NCBI GenBank assembly: GCA_963765675.1
Contig: CAVXXK010000001.1
Location: forward strand, 544,001-608,000
DNA from: an uncultured delta proteobacterium
Lineage (GTDB): Bacteria; Desulfobacterota; Binatia; Binatales; Binataceae
Direction: 5' to 3'
Length of the DNA: 64,000 nt
A model generated the notes under the pieces. The model was not told the origin of the DNA and did not search any database. It worked only from the letters and a program-made list of their open reading frames with translations. The translations under genes were made by a program, and so were the position numbers. This document shows positions 20,121 through 30,698 of the stretch, piece after piece; positions within the stretch are counted from its first letter, which is position 1, and the number at the start of each line of letters is the position of its first letter.

Positions 20121-21662
20121 ATGGCGAAGGAAAAAGTTGAAAATGTCGATAATGTCACCCAGGCGCGTCCCGGCGATCCGTGCACGATCGTGATTTTCGG
20201 AGCCGCCGGCGACCTGACCAAACGCAAGCTGTTTCCGGCGCTCTACAATTTGCTCCATGGCAAATTCCTGCCGGATAAATTTGCGATCGTAGGCGTGTCG
20301 ATAGAGAAATTCAGCGACCAGGTCTTCCGCAATCAGCTCTCGGGGGAAATCAAAAAATACGCCACCGGGAAAGTCGATCCGAAACTGTGGAAGTCTTTCG
20401 TATCGAAAGTGTATTACCTCTCCGGAAACTTCACCGACCATAAGCTCTACGCGGCTCTGAGGGATACTCTGGCGAAGGCCGCGAAGGAGCAGGACCTTCC
20501 GGGGAACTGTCTCTATTATCTTGCGGTGGCGCCGCAATTTTTCGGGGAAATCGTGCGCCAGCTCGGCGCCGCCGACCTTGCGGAAGAGAAGGACGGGAAT
20601 TGGCGCCGGGTGGTGATCGAAAAACCGTTCGGCCGCGACCTCGAGTCCGCACAGGCGCTGAACAAGGAAATCAAGCAAGTACTCAAGGAAGATCAGATCT
20701 ACAGGATCGATCATTACCTGGGCAAAGAGACCGTGCAGAACATGCTGGTGTTCCGCTTCGGTAATGGAATTTTCGAGCCGATCTGGAATCGGCGCTATAT
20801 CGATTCCGTGCAGATAACCGCCGCGGAGACGGTCGGAGTCGAGGAACGCGGCGGCTACTACGAAACCGCGGGGGCGCTGCGCGATATGGTGCCCAACCAC
20901 ATGATGCAGCTCATCGCGATGATCGGCATGGAGCCGCCAACTTCATTCGGCGCCGAGGCCGTGCGTGACGAAAAGGCGAAACTGCTGAACGCAATTCAGA
21001 TCCTCACGTCCGAGGACGTGATCACGATGGCGGTGCGCGGTCAGTACGGCGACGGAACCGAGCAGGGCAAGAAGGTTCGCGCGTATCGCAAGGAGGACCA
21101 GGTCAATCCCGAGTCGCACATCGAAACCTATGCCGCGCTCGAACTGCATATCGACAACTGGCGCTGGGCGGGAGTGCCGTTCTACGTCCGCACCGGCAAG
21201 CGGCTTGCGGAACGCGTAACCGAGCTCGCGATCAATTTCAAACGCGCTCCCTTGCTGCTGTTCAAAGACACCGGCGTCGAGCAAATGTCCACCAATCAAC
21301 TGGTGATGCACATCCAGCCCGACGAGGGCATCTCGCTGCGCTTCAGCGCTAAGATTCCGGGACCGTCGGTCAAGATCGGATCAGTTGATATGAACTTCAA
21401 GTACACGACTTATTTCGGCGCCGCGCCTTCAACCGGATACGAAACCCTGCTGCTCGATTGCATGATCGGCGATCCGACGCTGTTCCAGCGCGACGACATG
21501 GTCGAGGCCGGATGGCGGGTCGTCACGCCGGTGCTCGATGTGTGGAACGCATTGCCACCGCGCGAATTTCCGAACTATGCAGCAGGAAGCTGGGGGCCGG
21601 AGGAGGCCGATCATCTGCTCGCACGCGAGGGCCGTCACTGGAGGGTTATCACTGAACCCTGA
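20121..21662 (+). CDS. zwf: glucose-6-phosphate dehydrogenase
   Basis: [21 protein letters not shown] signature. Confidence 0.96.
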   Translation: MAKEKVENVDNVTQARPGDPCTIVIFGAAGDLTKRKLFPALYNLLHGKFLPDKFAIVGVSIEKFSDQVFRNQLSGEIKKYATGKVDPKLWKSFVSKVYYLSGNFTDHKLYAALRDTLAKAAKEQDLPGNCLYYLAVAPQFFGEIVRQLGAADLAEEKDGNWRRVVIEKPFGRDLESAQALNKEIKQVLKEDQIYRIDHYLGKETVQNMLVFRFGNGIFEPIWNRRYIDSVQITAAETVGVEERGGYYETAGALRDMVPNHMMQLIAMIGMEPPTSFGAEAVRDEKAKLLNAIQILTSEDVITMAVRGQYGDGTEQGKKVRAYRKEDQVNPESHIETYAALELHIDNWRWAGVPFYVRTGKRLAERVTELAINFKRAPLLLFKDTGVEQMSTNQLVMHIQPDEGISLRFSAKIPGPSVKIGSVDMNFKYTTYFGAAPSTGYETLLLDCMIGDPTLFQRDDMVEAGWRVVTPVLDVWNALPPREFPNYAAGSWGPEEADHLLAREGRHWRVITEP

Positions 21663-21693
21663 TCGGCGGCGGCGGAGTAATACGCGAGGATGA

Positions 21694-23481
21694 TCAGTGC
21701 GCGTCGTTCAGATGCGCACGAACCATCGCCGGCGAGATCGCTCCGGAAGCAAGCTTGCGCGCCGGTCCGAACCGCAGCATGTGAAACAGGAATATCGCCA
21801 GAGCGAAGCCGGCAGTCACTACACTGAGCGAGGTGATCGCTCCCGGATCCGATGACGCACCGCCCATTCGCTCGATCGCGAGAATCGCGGCGGCGACAGA
21901 AACTGCCAGCGCCGAAGTAGCAACGACCGCAACGTCGCGGATGGGCGCTCGCGCACCTTCCTTCAAAAAGCGGCGCAGTTCGCGCGGCGAAAAATAATCC
22001 AGGAACCAACCCGTCGCCTCATCAACCCCGCGCGCGTTCGGCGGGGAGATGACTCTACCGCTCAGAGGATCAGTCGCGGGCAGGCCCTGGTTGTGAAGCT
22101 CTACGCCGGCCAGGATCTCGTGATGAATCTCGCCCGTAATCGGATATCGCCATGCGATCAGGAACGACAGCGCTCCGCAGAGCGCCGGCGCCAGCGCGAA
22201 GATCGCTTTGATCGCGAAAATCACTTCCGGCGTCTGCACTGCATTGGGCACGTATCCGATTTCGGCGAGTATCGCGATCGGCAGCGCGGCGCTCGGAATC
22301 GCGACGAATTTTGGCAGGATGCTCCAGAACGCGGTGTACTGGCCCTCGCTACGCCGGCCAGTATAGAACTCGTCGTAATCGATCACGTCGGCCTGCATCG
22401 AGGGACCCAGAAACAATCCCGCGCCGAAACTCGCTCCCGCCCAGCTAATCAGCACCAGCAGCATCGTCGTGTCGCCTTTGCCGAGAAAATACATCGCGGC
22501 GCCACCCGACACTCCCATCACGAAGCTCGCGAGCCAGGTGTTCAGTTTGCCAAATCGTTTCGCCGCCGAAACCCACAGCGGCAGGCACAGGAACCCGACA
22601 CCGAAGTAGCCGAGCAGCTCGATCGACAGCCAAAGCGCTGGGTTCTTCGGCTCGATCACGTACGCGTTGAAGAACGGAAGCAGCGTCGCCGGTATCGCAC
22701 CGGTGATCGAGCCGACGATATAGCTCGCGAGCAGAATCCTGAACGGGCGATTGCGCAGCGCGCGGCGAACTCCCGGAACCAGCGGATTCGATTCGCGCTT
22801 GGCGAAGCCGGGCCGCTCGCGCACTCCATACGCGAGCATCCAATAGAGCGTCGTCAGCAGCAGCGCAAACGCGATTCCAAGAAAGTGATAAACGTGCCGC
22901 TCATTCCAGCCCAGCACATGCATCAGGATTCCCGGCGCCGCCGAGGCGACGATCGTCCCGAGGATTGTGAACGACTCGCGCACGCCGAACAGGCTCGAAC
23001 GCTCATTGTAGTCCAGCGTGAGCTCCGGCCCGAGCGCATAGTGCGGCAGCACATAGACCGTGTGAAAAATGAAATAGAGGATGAAGGTGACGCCAAACCA
23101 CCATGCCGATTGGGTGCCAGTCATTCCGACCGGCGGGCTCATCATCGCGTAGAATGCGATTCCGCACAGCGGCGGTCCGATGATCAGGTACGGGCGGCGC
23201 CGTCCGAGCCTCGTGCGGGTGCGATCCGAGACCCATCCGACGACAGGATCGCTGATCGCGTCGAGCGAACGCGCCAGAGCGATCGCGATCGCAAGATAGC
23301 CGAGCGGCACCAAGACCACGTCGGCGTAGAACTTGGGCATATTGATGAGGATCGGAATTACAAGCGCGGCGCCCGCGAAATTCGGCGCTCCATAGAGGAG
23401 CTTGAGCCGCCACGAAACATGTTCGGACGCCAGAACCGTCGCCTCGGCCGGAATTTTCAACGCGGAACTTTCAGTTGCCAT
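21694..23481 (-). CDS. MFS transporter, glycoside-pentoside-hexuronide (MelB-like) family, with C-terminal extension
   Basis: DAISDPVVGWVSDRTRTRLGRRRPY; ADVIDYDE..TGRRSEG; extra C-terminal segment with two hydrophobic helices. Confidence 0.85.
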   Translation of the reverse strand: MATESSALKIPAEATVLASEHVSWRLKLLYGAPNFAGAALVIPILINMPKFYADVVLVPLGYLAIAIALARSLDAISDPVVGWVSDRTRTRLGRRRPYLIIGPPLCGIAFYAMMSPPVGMTGTQSAWWFGVTFILYFIFHTVYVLPHYALGPELTLDYNERSSLFGVRESFTILGTIVASAAPGILMHVLGWNERHVYHFLGIAFALLLTTLYWMLAYGVRERPGFAKRESNPLVPGVRRALRNRPFRILLASYIVGSITGAIPATLLPFFNAYVIEPKNPALWLSIELLGYFGVGFLCLPLWVSAAKRFGKLNTWLASFVMGVSGGAAMYFLGKGDTTMLLVLISWAGASFGAGLFLGPSMQADVIDYDEFYTGRRSEGQYTAFWSILPKFVAIPSAALPIAILAEIGYVPNAVQTPEVIFAIKAIFALAPALCGALSFLIAWRYPITGEIHHEILAGVELHNQGLPATDPLSGRVISPPNARGVDEATGWFLDYFSPRELRRFLKEGARAPIRDVAVVATSALAVSVAAAILAIERMGGASSDPGAITSLSVVTAGFALAIFLFHMLRFGPARKLASGAISPAMVRAHLNDAH

Positions 23482-23599
23482 TATTCAGCGAATACGCGGA
23501 GCCCCGACGGGGGCCTGACCGAAGAAAGTGTACCGGAACCGCGCGCTCCGATGATACCCGGGAGACGATTCGCGAACGTATCGATGTATCCTCGGCTCA

Positions 23600-25009
23600 C
23601 TAACTGGATTCGCTGAAGGCGCGCGGACGCAGATGAGCCCAAGGTCGTGCGGTTTCGTATTGCGCTGCGAGCGCGATCAATTCGAACTCGCCGGCAGGCC
23701 GGCCGACGATCTGAAATCCTATTGGCAATCCATCGCGCGAAAATCCCGCCGGTAGCGTGATCGCGGGTTGCCCGGTTGCGTTGGCCGGATATTCGAACGC
23801 GATCCAGGTCCACAGTTCGTCGAGGTAGAGTTCGGGCCGCGAAGGAAACGTCCCGTTGCGCATCGGCGGCATCGTCATCGTCGGCGTCAACAGCGCGTCG
23901 AATGGATCGAGCTCCTGCACGATCGCGCGCGCCGTGTTGTGCATCACCGCAACCAGATTCACGTACTCGGCGGCCGACAATTTTTTTCCATGGTGATACA
24001 TCTCCCGGACCACCGGATCGACCAGGTCGAGATCGGCGATCGGAATCGCGGCGATTCCCACGCAGATGAGCGAGCGTGCGCAATCCAGCAGCATCGCACC
24101 CGGATCGAGCGCGACCCTCTCTACGCGATGTCCCAGCTCGCGCATCGCAGAGCACGCGCTGCCGAACGCGGCAGCGACATCGGGATCGACCGGCCCGAGT
24201 TTGGTTTCGGCGATCGCGGCGAGGCGGAGCTTCCGCGTCGCGGCGCTCGGCGCCTCGGCGAACGGACGCGCGGGCGGCGCGGCCCAATAGGGATCGCCGA
24301 CCACCGGCCCTGCGAGCACGTCGAGCATCAGCGCGGCGTCGCGCACCGAACGCGCGATCGGTCCGCGCGTCGCGAATCCGCCCCAAGCCTCGCCGCGATG
24401 CGGCGCGTAGGTGAGCCGCCCGCGCGAGGGTTTGATCCCGACCACGCCGCAGTTCGACGAGGGGCCGCGAATCGAGCCGCCGCCGTCGCTGCCTTCCGCA
24501 AGAGGGCCAAGGCCGGCGGCGATTTGCGCCGCCGCACCGCCGCTTGATCCGCCTGCGTTGTATTCTGTGTTCCAGGGATTATGCGCGATTCCGCACAATC
24601 CGCCTTCGGTCGTGGGTCGGCCGCCGAATTCGGGAGTCGCAGTCTTGCCGAGCAAAACGCCGCCAGCCTCGCGCAGCCGCATCGCGATAATCGCGTCCTC
24701 GGGCGGAATTGAATCGGCGAAATTCTTCGATCCGAGCGTAGTTCGAAATTCCCTGGTGGGCGTCAGATCCTTCAGCGAATATGGAACCCCATACAGCGGC
24801 AGCTCGCGCGCTCGGCCGCGCTCAGCTTCAATTCGAGCAGCGTCCGCGAGCGCTCGCTCGGCGGTGACAATCATGTAGGCGCCAAGATCAGGATTCAGCC
24901 GCTCGATTCGCGCGAGGAAAAATTGCGCGACCTCGCGCGGGCGCAGTTCTCCCCTACGAATCAGATCGCGCAGCTCGGAAGCCTCGATAAACGGGTCGAG
25001 CGAAAGCAT
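23600..25009 (-). CDS. amidase signature family protein
   Basis: GVPYSLKD, GGSSGGAAA, GSDGGGSIRGP (Lys-Ser-Ser triad). Confidence 0.92.
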   Translation of the reverse strand: MLSLDPFIEASELRDLIRRGELRPREVAQFFLARIERLNPDLGAYMIVTAERALADAARIEAERGRARELPLYGVPYSLKDLTPTREFRTTLGSKNFADSIPPEDAIIAMRLREAGGVLLGKTATPEFGGRPTTEGGLCGIAHNPWNTEYNAGGSSGGAAAQIAAGLGPLAEGSDGGGSIRGPSSNCGVVGIKPSRGRLTYAPHRGEAWGGFATRGPIARSVRDAALMLDVLAGPVVGDPYWAAPPARPFAEAPSAATRKLRLAAIAETKLGPVDPDVAAAFGSACSAMRELGHRVERVALDPGAMLLDCARSLICVGIAAIPIADLDLVDPVVREMYHHGKKLSAAEYVNLVAVMHNTARAIVQELDPFDALLTPTMTMPPMRNGTFPSRPELYLDELWTWIAFEYPANATGQPAITLPAGFSRDGLPIGFQIVGRPAGEFELIALAAQYETARPWAHLRPRAFSESS

Positions 25010-25015
25010 CGCGGG

Positions 25016-25777
25016 TCAAACCGCGGTCAGTCCACCGTCCACGGAGATCGATGCGCCCGTCACAAACGACGCGGCGTCGCTGAGCAACCACGCTACCGCT
25101 TCGCCGATCTCGCTGGCGCGTGCCTTGCGCCCTACTGGCTCGACCTGGTCGAGCCTTCCTGCGAGCTTGGGCTGCTGGGCGATCATGCCGGCAACGAGCG
25201 GGGTATCGACCACACCGGGGCATACGTCGTTGATTCGGATCGCGGCGCGGGCGTACTCGATCGCCGCGCATTTTGTCAGGCCGACGACGCCGTGTTTGGC
25301 CGCCGTGTACGCGGGCATTGAGTGCGACGCGACCAGGCCCGCCGCCGAGGCGGTGTTCACGATCGCGCCGGGCGACTTCTGCGCCAGGAACTGGCGAATC
25401 TCGGCGCGCATGCAGAGCCATACCCCCTTGAGATTTACCGCCATTATCTGATCCCATTCTTCTTCGCCGTAGTCGGCGGTCTTGCGCTGCGCACCGGCGA
25501 TTCCGGCGTTGTTGAACGCGCAATCGAGCCGCCCGAATTTCTTCACGGCGGCCGCCACCAGCGCGTCAGCGTCGGACGCGCGCGCTACGTCGCAGCGGAC
25601 AAACTCGGCCTCGCCGCTCTGCTCGCGAACCATCCGCACCGTCTCGGCGCCGTCGCGCTCGGAGACGTCGCCGATAATCACGCGCGCGCCTTCGCGCGCC
25701 ACAATCAACGCAGTCGCGCGTCCGATTCCTGATCCGCCGCCGGTTATAATTGTGCTCTTGCCAGCCAATGAGGGCAT
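25016..25777 (-). CDS. SDR family oxidoreductase
   Basis: TGGGSGIG, NNAG, YTAAK. Confidence 0.92.
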   Translation of the reverse strand: MPSLAGKSTIITGGGSGIGRATALIVAREGARVIIGDVSERDGAETVRMVREQSGEAEFVRCDVARASDADALVAAAVKKFGRLDCAFNNAGIAGAQRKTADYGEEEWDQIMAVNLKGVWLCMRAEIRQFLAQKSPGAIVNTASAAGLVASHSMPAYTAAKHGVVGLTKCAAIEYARAAIRINDVCPGVVDTPLVAGMIAQQPKLAGRLDQVEPVGRKARASEIGEAVAWLLSDAASFVTGASISVDGGLTAV

Positions 25778-25794
25778 CGCGGATTCTCCCTTGT

Positions 25795-26880
25795 TTAGCT
25801 ACGCCACGGCTCGACCAGAATCTTCGCGTGATGCTCAGGCGAGCCGAGATCCTCGAACGCCTGCGCGACGCCTTCGACTCCGACCTTGCCGGTGATCAGC
25901 GGATCGACGGTGGTCTTTCCCTGCGCGATATTGAATAACGTCTCGCCGAATTCCTCCGGAGTGTATCCGAGCACGAACTGCACATTCAGTTCCTTGCTGA
26001 TGCCGAGCATCGGCTCGAATGAATCGCGTTCCATGCACACGCCGACAACCACGATCCGCGCGCCCGATTGCGCGCCCGACATGATCGACTCAATTACTCC
26101 CGGCACGCCAACGCATTCGAAGACCACGGATGGACGCAGCGCGGGCCCTGGCATCCACGGTTGCACCGGCGGCGCCTTCGACGGATCGCTGTAGGCCGCG
26201 ACCTGCTTCCAGCTTTCGTACGCGGATTTCTCTTTCGGATCGACGACGACATCTGCGCCCATCTTGAGTGCGAGCTCGCGGCGACGCGGCGAGAAGTCCG
26301 CCGCGACAATCGGATGCTGCCCCTTGAGCTTCAATGCGGCGATTACCGCGAGTCCTACCGGCCCGCATCCTATAACCAGCGGCGCGTCGTCCGGCGTCAG
26401 GCGCGCCTTCTGCACCGCGTGAAATCCAACCGCCATCGGCTCGGTTAGCGCGGCGCGCTCGGTCGAGAGTCCGTTGGGAACCTCGAGCAGCAGAGCCTCG
26501 GTCAGGCGCATGAATTCGCCGTAGCCGCCCGGGTTCTCGTTCGAGTAGCCGACCGTCTCGATTCCGCTTGAGCGAATCAGGACCGGGAAAGAGCAGACTC
26601 GCGTCCCGGCCTTGAAGCGCTTTTGCGTGCCAGGTCCGAAGTCCGCAACCTCGGCGCAGAACTCGTGACCCATCACGATGTCGCGTTTCAAATCCATCAC
26701 GAACGCGGCACCCGCGCGTTTGGAGCTCTCGACCATCTTCTCTGCATGTTTCAACGCGTGGAGATCCGATCCGCAAATTCCGCACGCGAGGGTTTTGACG
26801 ATTACTTCGCCGGGGCCCGGCTCCGGAACCGGAATATCGGCGACGACCAGCTTTTTGTTACGCATTACTGCCGCACGCAT
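25795..26880 (-). CDS. zinc-binding (MDR) dehydrogenase
   Basis: CGICGSD, GHE, GCGPVG; lacks the four-Cys structural zinc lobe. Confidence 0.9.
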   Translation of the reverse strand: MRAAVMRNKKLVVADIPVPEPGPGEVIVKTLACGICGSDLHALKHAEKMVESSKRAGAAFVMDLKRDIVMGHEFCAEVADFGPGTQKRFKAGTRVCSFPVLIRSSGIETVGYSNENPGGYGEFMRLTEALLLEVPNGLSTERAALTEPMAVGFHAVQKARLTPDDAPLVIGCGPVGLAVIAALKLKGQHPIVAADFSPRRRELALKMGADVVVDPKEKSAYESWKQVAAYSDPSKAPPVQPWMPGPALRPSVVFECVGVPGVIESIMSGAQSGARIVVVGVCMERDSFEPMLGISKELNVQFVLGYTPEEFGETLFNIAQGKTTVDPLITGKVGVEGVAQAFEDLGSPEHHAKILVEPWRS

Positions 26881-27049
26881 TTGGAATCTCTCCTTGTAAA
26901 CTTGTTTGCGGTCTCACTGTACCAAGGTTCCCCCGGCATTCGTCCAGCGGACAGCAAGCCGCTGAAAGCTCTATCGCGCTCGCATTGTATTTGCATTGCG
27001 AATGTAATAATCGTTGCTGCACTGACAGTTCCAAGGAGCAGCACGCCAT

Positions 27050-27448
27050 ATGAGTTCTATCGTTCCCAGTCCCGAAGCGTTTCAGGCGTTGATGGCCGAC
27101 CCGGACCAGGGCCCGGTCGTGATGCTCAACCTGCTGAAGTTCAAGGCTGTGGCCGACGGCGCGACCGGCAGCGGCGCCGACGCATACCGGCGCTACGGCG
27201 ACGCGGCGACGAAACTCGTCGAAGCGCGAGGGGGCCGCGTGCTATGGATGGGCAGGCCGGCGCATCTGCTGGTTGGCGAGCCATCCGACCAGTGGGACGC
27301 CGTCGCGATTGTGCAGTATCCGAGTCCGCGCGCATTTATCGAGATGGTGACGAGCGCCGAGTACCAGCAGATTCATGCGCATCGCGAGGCGGGACTCGAG
27401 CGCACCGCGCTCATCGCGTGCCGCACTCCGACCGACATACTGCGCTGA
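27050..27448 (+). CDS. DUF1330 domain protein
   Basis: GPVVMLNLLKF, WDAVAIVQYPS..AF, HREAGL motifs. Confidence 0.8.
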   Translation: MSSIVPSPEAFQALMADPDQGPVVMLNLLKFKAVADGATGSGADAYRRYGDAATKLVEARGGRVLWMGRPAHLLVGEPSDQWDAVAIVQYPSPRAFIEMVTSAEYQQIHAHREAGLERTALIACRTPTDILR

Positions 27449-27466
27449 TCGTCTGGAGCAAGTGCC

Positions 27467-29044
27467 ATGGGCCGAAAGATCCTGTTTATCACGACTGATC
27501 AGCAACGCTACGACTCGCTCGGATGCAACGGCGGAAAGATCGCGCGCACTCCTTGCGCCGACGCTCTCGCCGCTCAGGGAATCAACTATCGCCGCGCGCA
27601 CAATCAGAACACGGTCTGCATGCCCGCGCGCTCGACGATGATCACGGGGCAGTACGTGCGGACCCATGGCGTGTTCTCCAATGGCGTACCACTTCCCGCC
27701 GACGCTCCGAGCGTCGCGCGATGGCTGCATGACAAGGGAGGGTACCGGACCGCGCTTATTGGCAAGGCGCATTTCGAGCCGCTGTTCGACCCGAGCGGAA
27801 GATGGTTCGAGAATACCATGGCCGACCAGGGCAGCTTCGGACCATATCGCGGGTTCGAGCACATGGAGCTCGCGATGCACGGGCCGATGGGCCGATGGCA
27901 TTACACCAAGTGGCTGCGCGACAACTTTCCCACCGAGGTTGCCGGTTTTGTGACGATGCTGAGCAACAAGGGCGGCGGCGACACCGGCGCTCCGGAAGTG
28001 GGCTACAACCCGATACCGCGCGGCCACTATCACACTGACTGGGTCGCCGACCGCACCGTCGCTTATATCGATCAGCTAGCGCAGAACGAAGACTGGTTCA
28101 TCTGGATGAGCTTTCCCGATCCGCATCACCCGTGGGATCCGCCGGCCAGCGAAGCGCGGCGCATCAATTGGCGCGACCTCGATCTGCCGCCGGGGCATCC
28201 GGGCTCGCGCGAGAAGATCGAAAAGATTCTCGCCCAGAAACCGCGCCACTGGCTCGACTGGTACCAGGGACGCTTTGGAAACGACGAAGGCGGCGCAATG
28301 ACCTTCGTGCCGTGCGAGATGACTCACGACCAGGTGCGCGAAATCAACGCGCTCATCCACGTCAAGAACGAGTTGATCGATGAAGCATGCGCGCGCGTGA
28401 TCAAGCGCATCACGGAGCGCGGATGGGCCCGCGACACCGACATCTTCTTCACCACGGATCACGGCGAGCTGCAGGGAGACTTCGGCCTGATGTTCAAGGG
28501 GCCGTATCACGTCGATGCGCTCATGCGCGTGCCGCTCATCTGGCGTCCGGCGCCCTCGGCGGGAGTAGTTCCCGCGGAAATTAACGAACCCGTAGGACAT
28601 CTGGATCTTGCGCCGACCTTCTGCGAAATCGCTGGCGTGCCGCGCGCGGACTGGATGCAAGGAGCACCGCTGCCGGTCCAACCGGGATCGGCGCGGCAAC
28701 GCGTCATCACCGAATGGGACAGCCAGTTCGCACAAATCGGGATGCATCTGCGATCGATCTATCGCGACGGATGGCTCCTGACCGCGTACGAGAAATCCAC
28801 GCGCGACGCGGGCTTCAACCTCGCGCTGCTGTATCAGGCATTGCGTCGAACGAACCCGGTGCCGGATATCCGCTACGAAGGTACCGAGGGCGAGCTATAC
28901 CATCTGACCGACGATCCTCTGCAATGGCAAAATCTCTGGAATGACGCCGGCTACCGCAAAATCAAGTCCGATCTTCTGGCCGACCTCCGCGACAATCTGC
29001 CGCCCGCGCGCACTCCCGCGCTGACGGTGGACGCACCGGCGTAG
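27467..29044 (+). CDS. sulfatase-like hydrolase
   Basis: ITTDQQR, CMPAR (CxPxR) motif, GKAH, DPHHP, TDHG. Confidence 0.92.
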   Translation: MGRKILFITTDQQRYDSLGCNGGKIARTPCADALAAQGINYRRAHNQNTVCMPARSTMITGQYVRTHGVFSNGVPLPADAPSVARWLHDKGGYRTALIGKAHFEPLFDPSGRWFENTMADQGSFGPYRGFEHMELAMHGPMGRWHYTKWLRDNFPTEVAGFVTMLSNKGGGDTGAPEVGYNPIPRGHYHTDWVADRTVAYIDQLAQNEDWFIWMSFPDPHHPWDPPASEARRINWRDLDLPPGHPGSREKIEKILAQKPRHWLDWYQGRFGNDEGGAMTFVPCEMTHDQVREINALIHVKNELIDEACARVIKRITERGWARDTDIFFTTDHGELQGDFGLMFKGPYHVDALMRVPLIWRPAPSAGVVPAEINEPVGHLDLAPTFCEIAGVPRADWMQGAPLPVQPGSARQRVITEWDSQFAQIGMHLRSIYRDGWLLTAYEKSTRDAGFNLALLYQALRRTNPVPDIRYEGTEGELYHLTDDPLQWQNLWNDAGYRKIKSDLLADLRDNLPPARTPALTVDAPA

Positions 29045-29082
29045 GCTGATCTGTTTTGCCGGGATGATGAGAGGCTTGCATC

Positions 29083-29126
29083 ATTGAACTAATTATATTA
29101 GTCAATTCACTATGATGATTAGTCAA
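29083..29126. promoter_or_regulatory. tandem palindromic operators ACTAAT-N3-ATTAGT, probably bound by the downstream TetR
   Basis: ACTAATTATATTAGT at 29088-29102 and ACTATGATGATTAGT at 29109-29123, 21 bp apart, in an AT-rich patch over the gene start. Confidence 0.65.
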
Positions 29127-30032
29127 CGAATCTCGCTCCTGAAATCGGCTCTCTCGATCGTTGCGATACTCGCGCTCACTGCCCTATCGTGCGTAACAGC
29201 GCAGGCCACCGATCCCGTCACGCCGGCACAAAAGCTCAGCGTTCCCGGCGGGACGCTTGCGTTCGATGACACCGGCGGTGCCGGACCCTTAATCATTTGC
29301 GTGCCCGGGATGGGCGACGTGCGCGAGCAGTATCGCTTCCTGACTCCGCTGCTGGTCCGCGCCGGCTTCCGCGTGGTCACGATGGACCTGCGCGCAATGG
29401 GCGACTCGAGTGTCGATTGGCCTGACTATTCACCCGAGGCAGTCGGCGGCGATATCGTGGCGATGGTCCGGCATCTGAACGCCGGACGCGCGTATATCGT
29501 AGGCAATTCATTCGCAGGAGGAGCGGCGGTCTGGGCGGCAGCCGAGATTCCCGATCAAATCGCAGGTATCGTTCTGATCGATCCATTCGTCCGCGATCAT
29601 CAGATCTCACTCTTCACACGTCTCGAACTGGACTTCGCGCTTCATCGTCCGTGGGGGCCCGCGATCTGGGCGAGCTACTATCGCTCGCTCTACAAGGAAG
29701 ATCCTCCGGCGGACCTCGATATCTACATCTCAGCGCTCACGGCGAATCTGAAACAGCAGGGACGATTCGAAGCGCTGCGCGCGATGGCGTGGGCGCCGCA
29801 AACCACATGCGAAGCGCGAATTCCAGCGCTCAAGACTCCCGCGCTCGTGATCATGGGCGGCGCAGATCCGGATTTCGACACGCCCGCCGCCGAGGCCGAT
29901 TGGATCGGCACGCATCTGCATGCGCAAGTGTTGATGGTTCCGAACGTCGGCCACTATCCGCACGTCGAGAAACCCGCCGTCGTCGCGCAGGCGATCACCG
30001 CGTTCGTGGGGGAGCACTCGAGTGCGCACTAA
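29112..30032 (+). CDS. alpha/beta hydrolase with signal peptide
   Basis: Hydrophobic N-terminus with AQA cleavage site; GNSFAG nucleophile elbow; GHYPH. Confidence 0.85.
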   Translation: MMISQRISLLKSALSIVAILALTALSCVTAQATDPVTPAQKLSVPGGTLAFDDTGGAGPLIICVPGMGDVREQYRFLTPLLVRAGFRVVTMDLRAMGDSSVDWPDYSPEAVGGDIVAMVRHLNAGRAYIVGNSFAGGAAVWAAAEIPDQIAGIVLIDPFVRDHQISLFTRLELDFALHRPWGPAIWASYYRSLYKEDPPADLDIYISALTANLKQQGRFEALRAMAWAPQTTCEARIPALKTPALVIMGGADPDFDTPAAEADWIGTHLHAQVLMVPNVGHYPHVEKPAVVAQAITAFVGEHSSAH

Positions 30033-30639
30033 GGCTGGGCTCACAACAGACAAGGTTGTCGCCGCCGCGGCGGAGTTGGCGGATCTTAACGGCGCGGATG
30101 CTCTCACCCTGTCTGCGCTCGCAGCGCGCCTTCGAATCAAGCCTCCTTCCCTGTTCAACCACGTGAGCGGAATGAACGCGCTCAGGCGCGAACTGCGCCT
30201 GCTCGCGCTCAGAGAACTTGCCGACGCGATGGGCGCCGCGGCGATTGGCCGCTCGCGCGGCGATGCAATTCGAGCGCTAGGGCATGCCTATCGTAAGTTC
30301 GTGAAACGGCGGCCTGGAATATACGCAGAGACTGTCCGCGCCGATGAGGGTGGCGAATCCAAGGACTCCGAGATCAACGCGCTCGCCACCAAAATCGTGG
30401 CGATCTGTGTCTCCGCGCTGGCGGGCTATGGGCTCAGCCCTCGCCAGGAGATTCACGCGATTCGCGCGCTCAGAAGCCTCGCGCATGGATTTGTGACCCT
30501 CGAGATGGGAGGCGGCTTCGGGCTCCCGATCACGCTGGACGAGAGCTATGACTGGATGCTGGAGACCTTCATTCGCGGTCTCGAAGATGGCCCTGTTCCC
30601 TCGCGCACACGAAGACCGGCGCGAACGCGCACGCGTTAG
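30022..30639 (+). CDS. TetR/AcrR family regulator (WHG-type C-terminal domain)
   Basis: HTH LAARLRIKPPSLFNHV; RSLAHGFVTLE. Confidence 0.88.
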   Translation: MRTKAGLTTDKVVAAAAELADLNGADALTLSALAARLRIKPPSLFNHVSGMNALRRELRLLALRELADAMGAAAIGRSRGDAIRALGHAYRKFVKRRPGIYAETVRADEGGESKDSEINALATKIVAICVSALAGYGLSPRQEIHAIRALRSLAHGFVTLEMGGGFGLPITLDESYDWMLETFIRGLEDGPVPSRTRRPARTRTR

Positions 30640-30698
30640 CTCTTCGCGCCAGCTTCGCGCGGTTGGCATCGCCCACGCGTGGCGCTAGATTCGCGGCC

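Noticed and set aside
22093-23616. Long antisense ORFs (e.g. 316-1815, 22093-23616, 30903-32156, 55555-56649)
   Set aside because: Shadow frames of real genes in high-GC DNA; Arg-rich with no motifs
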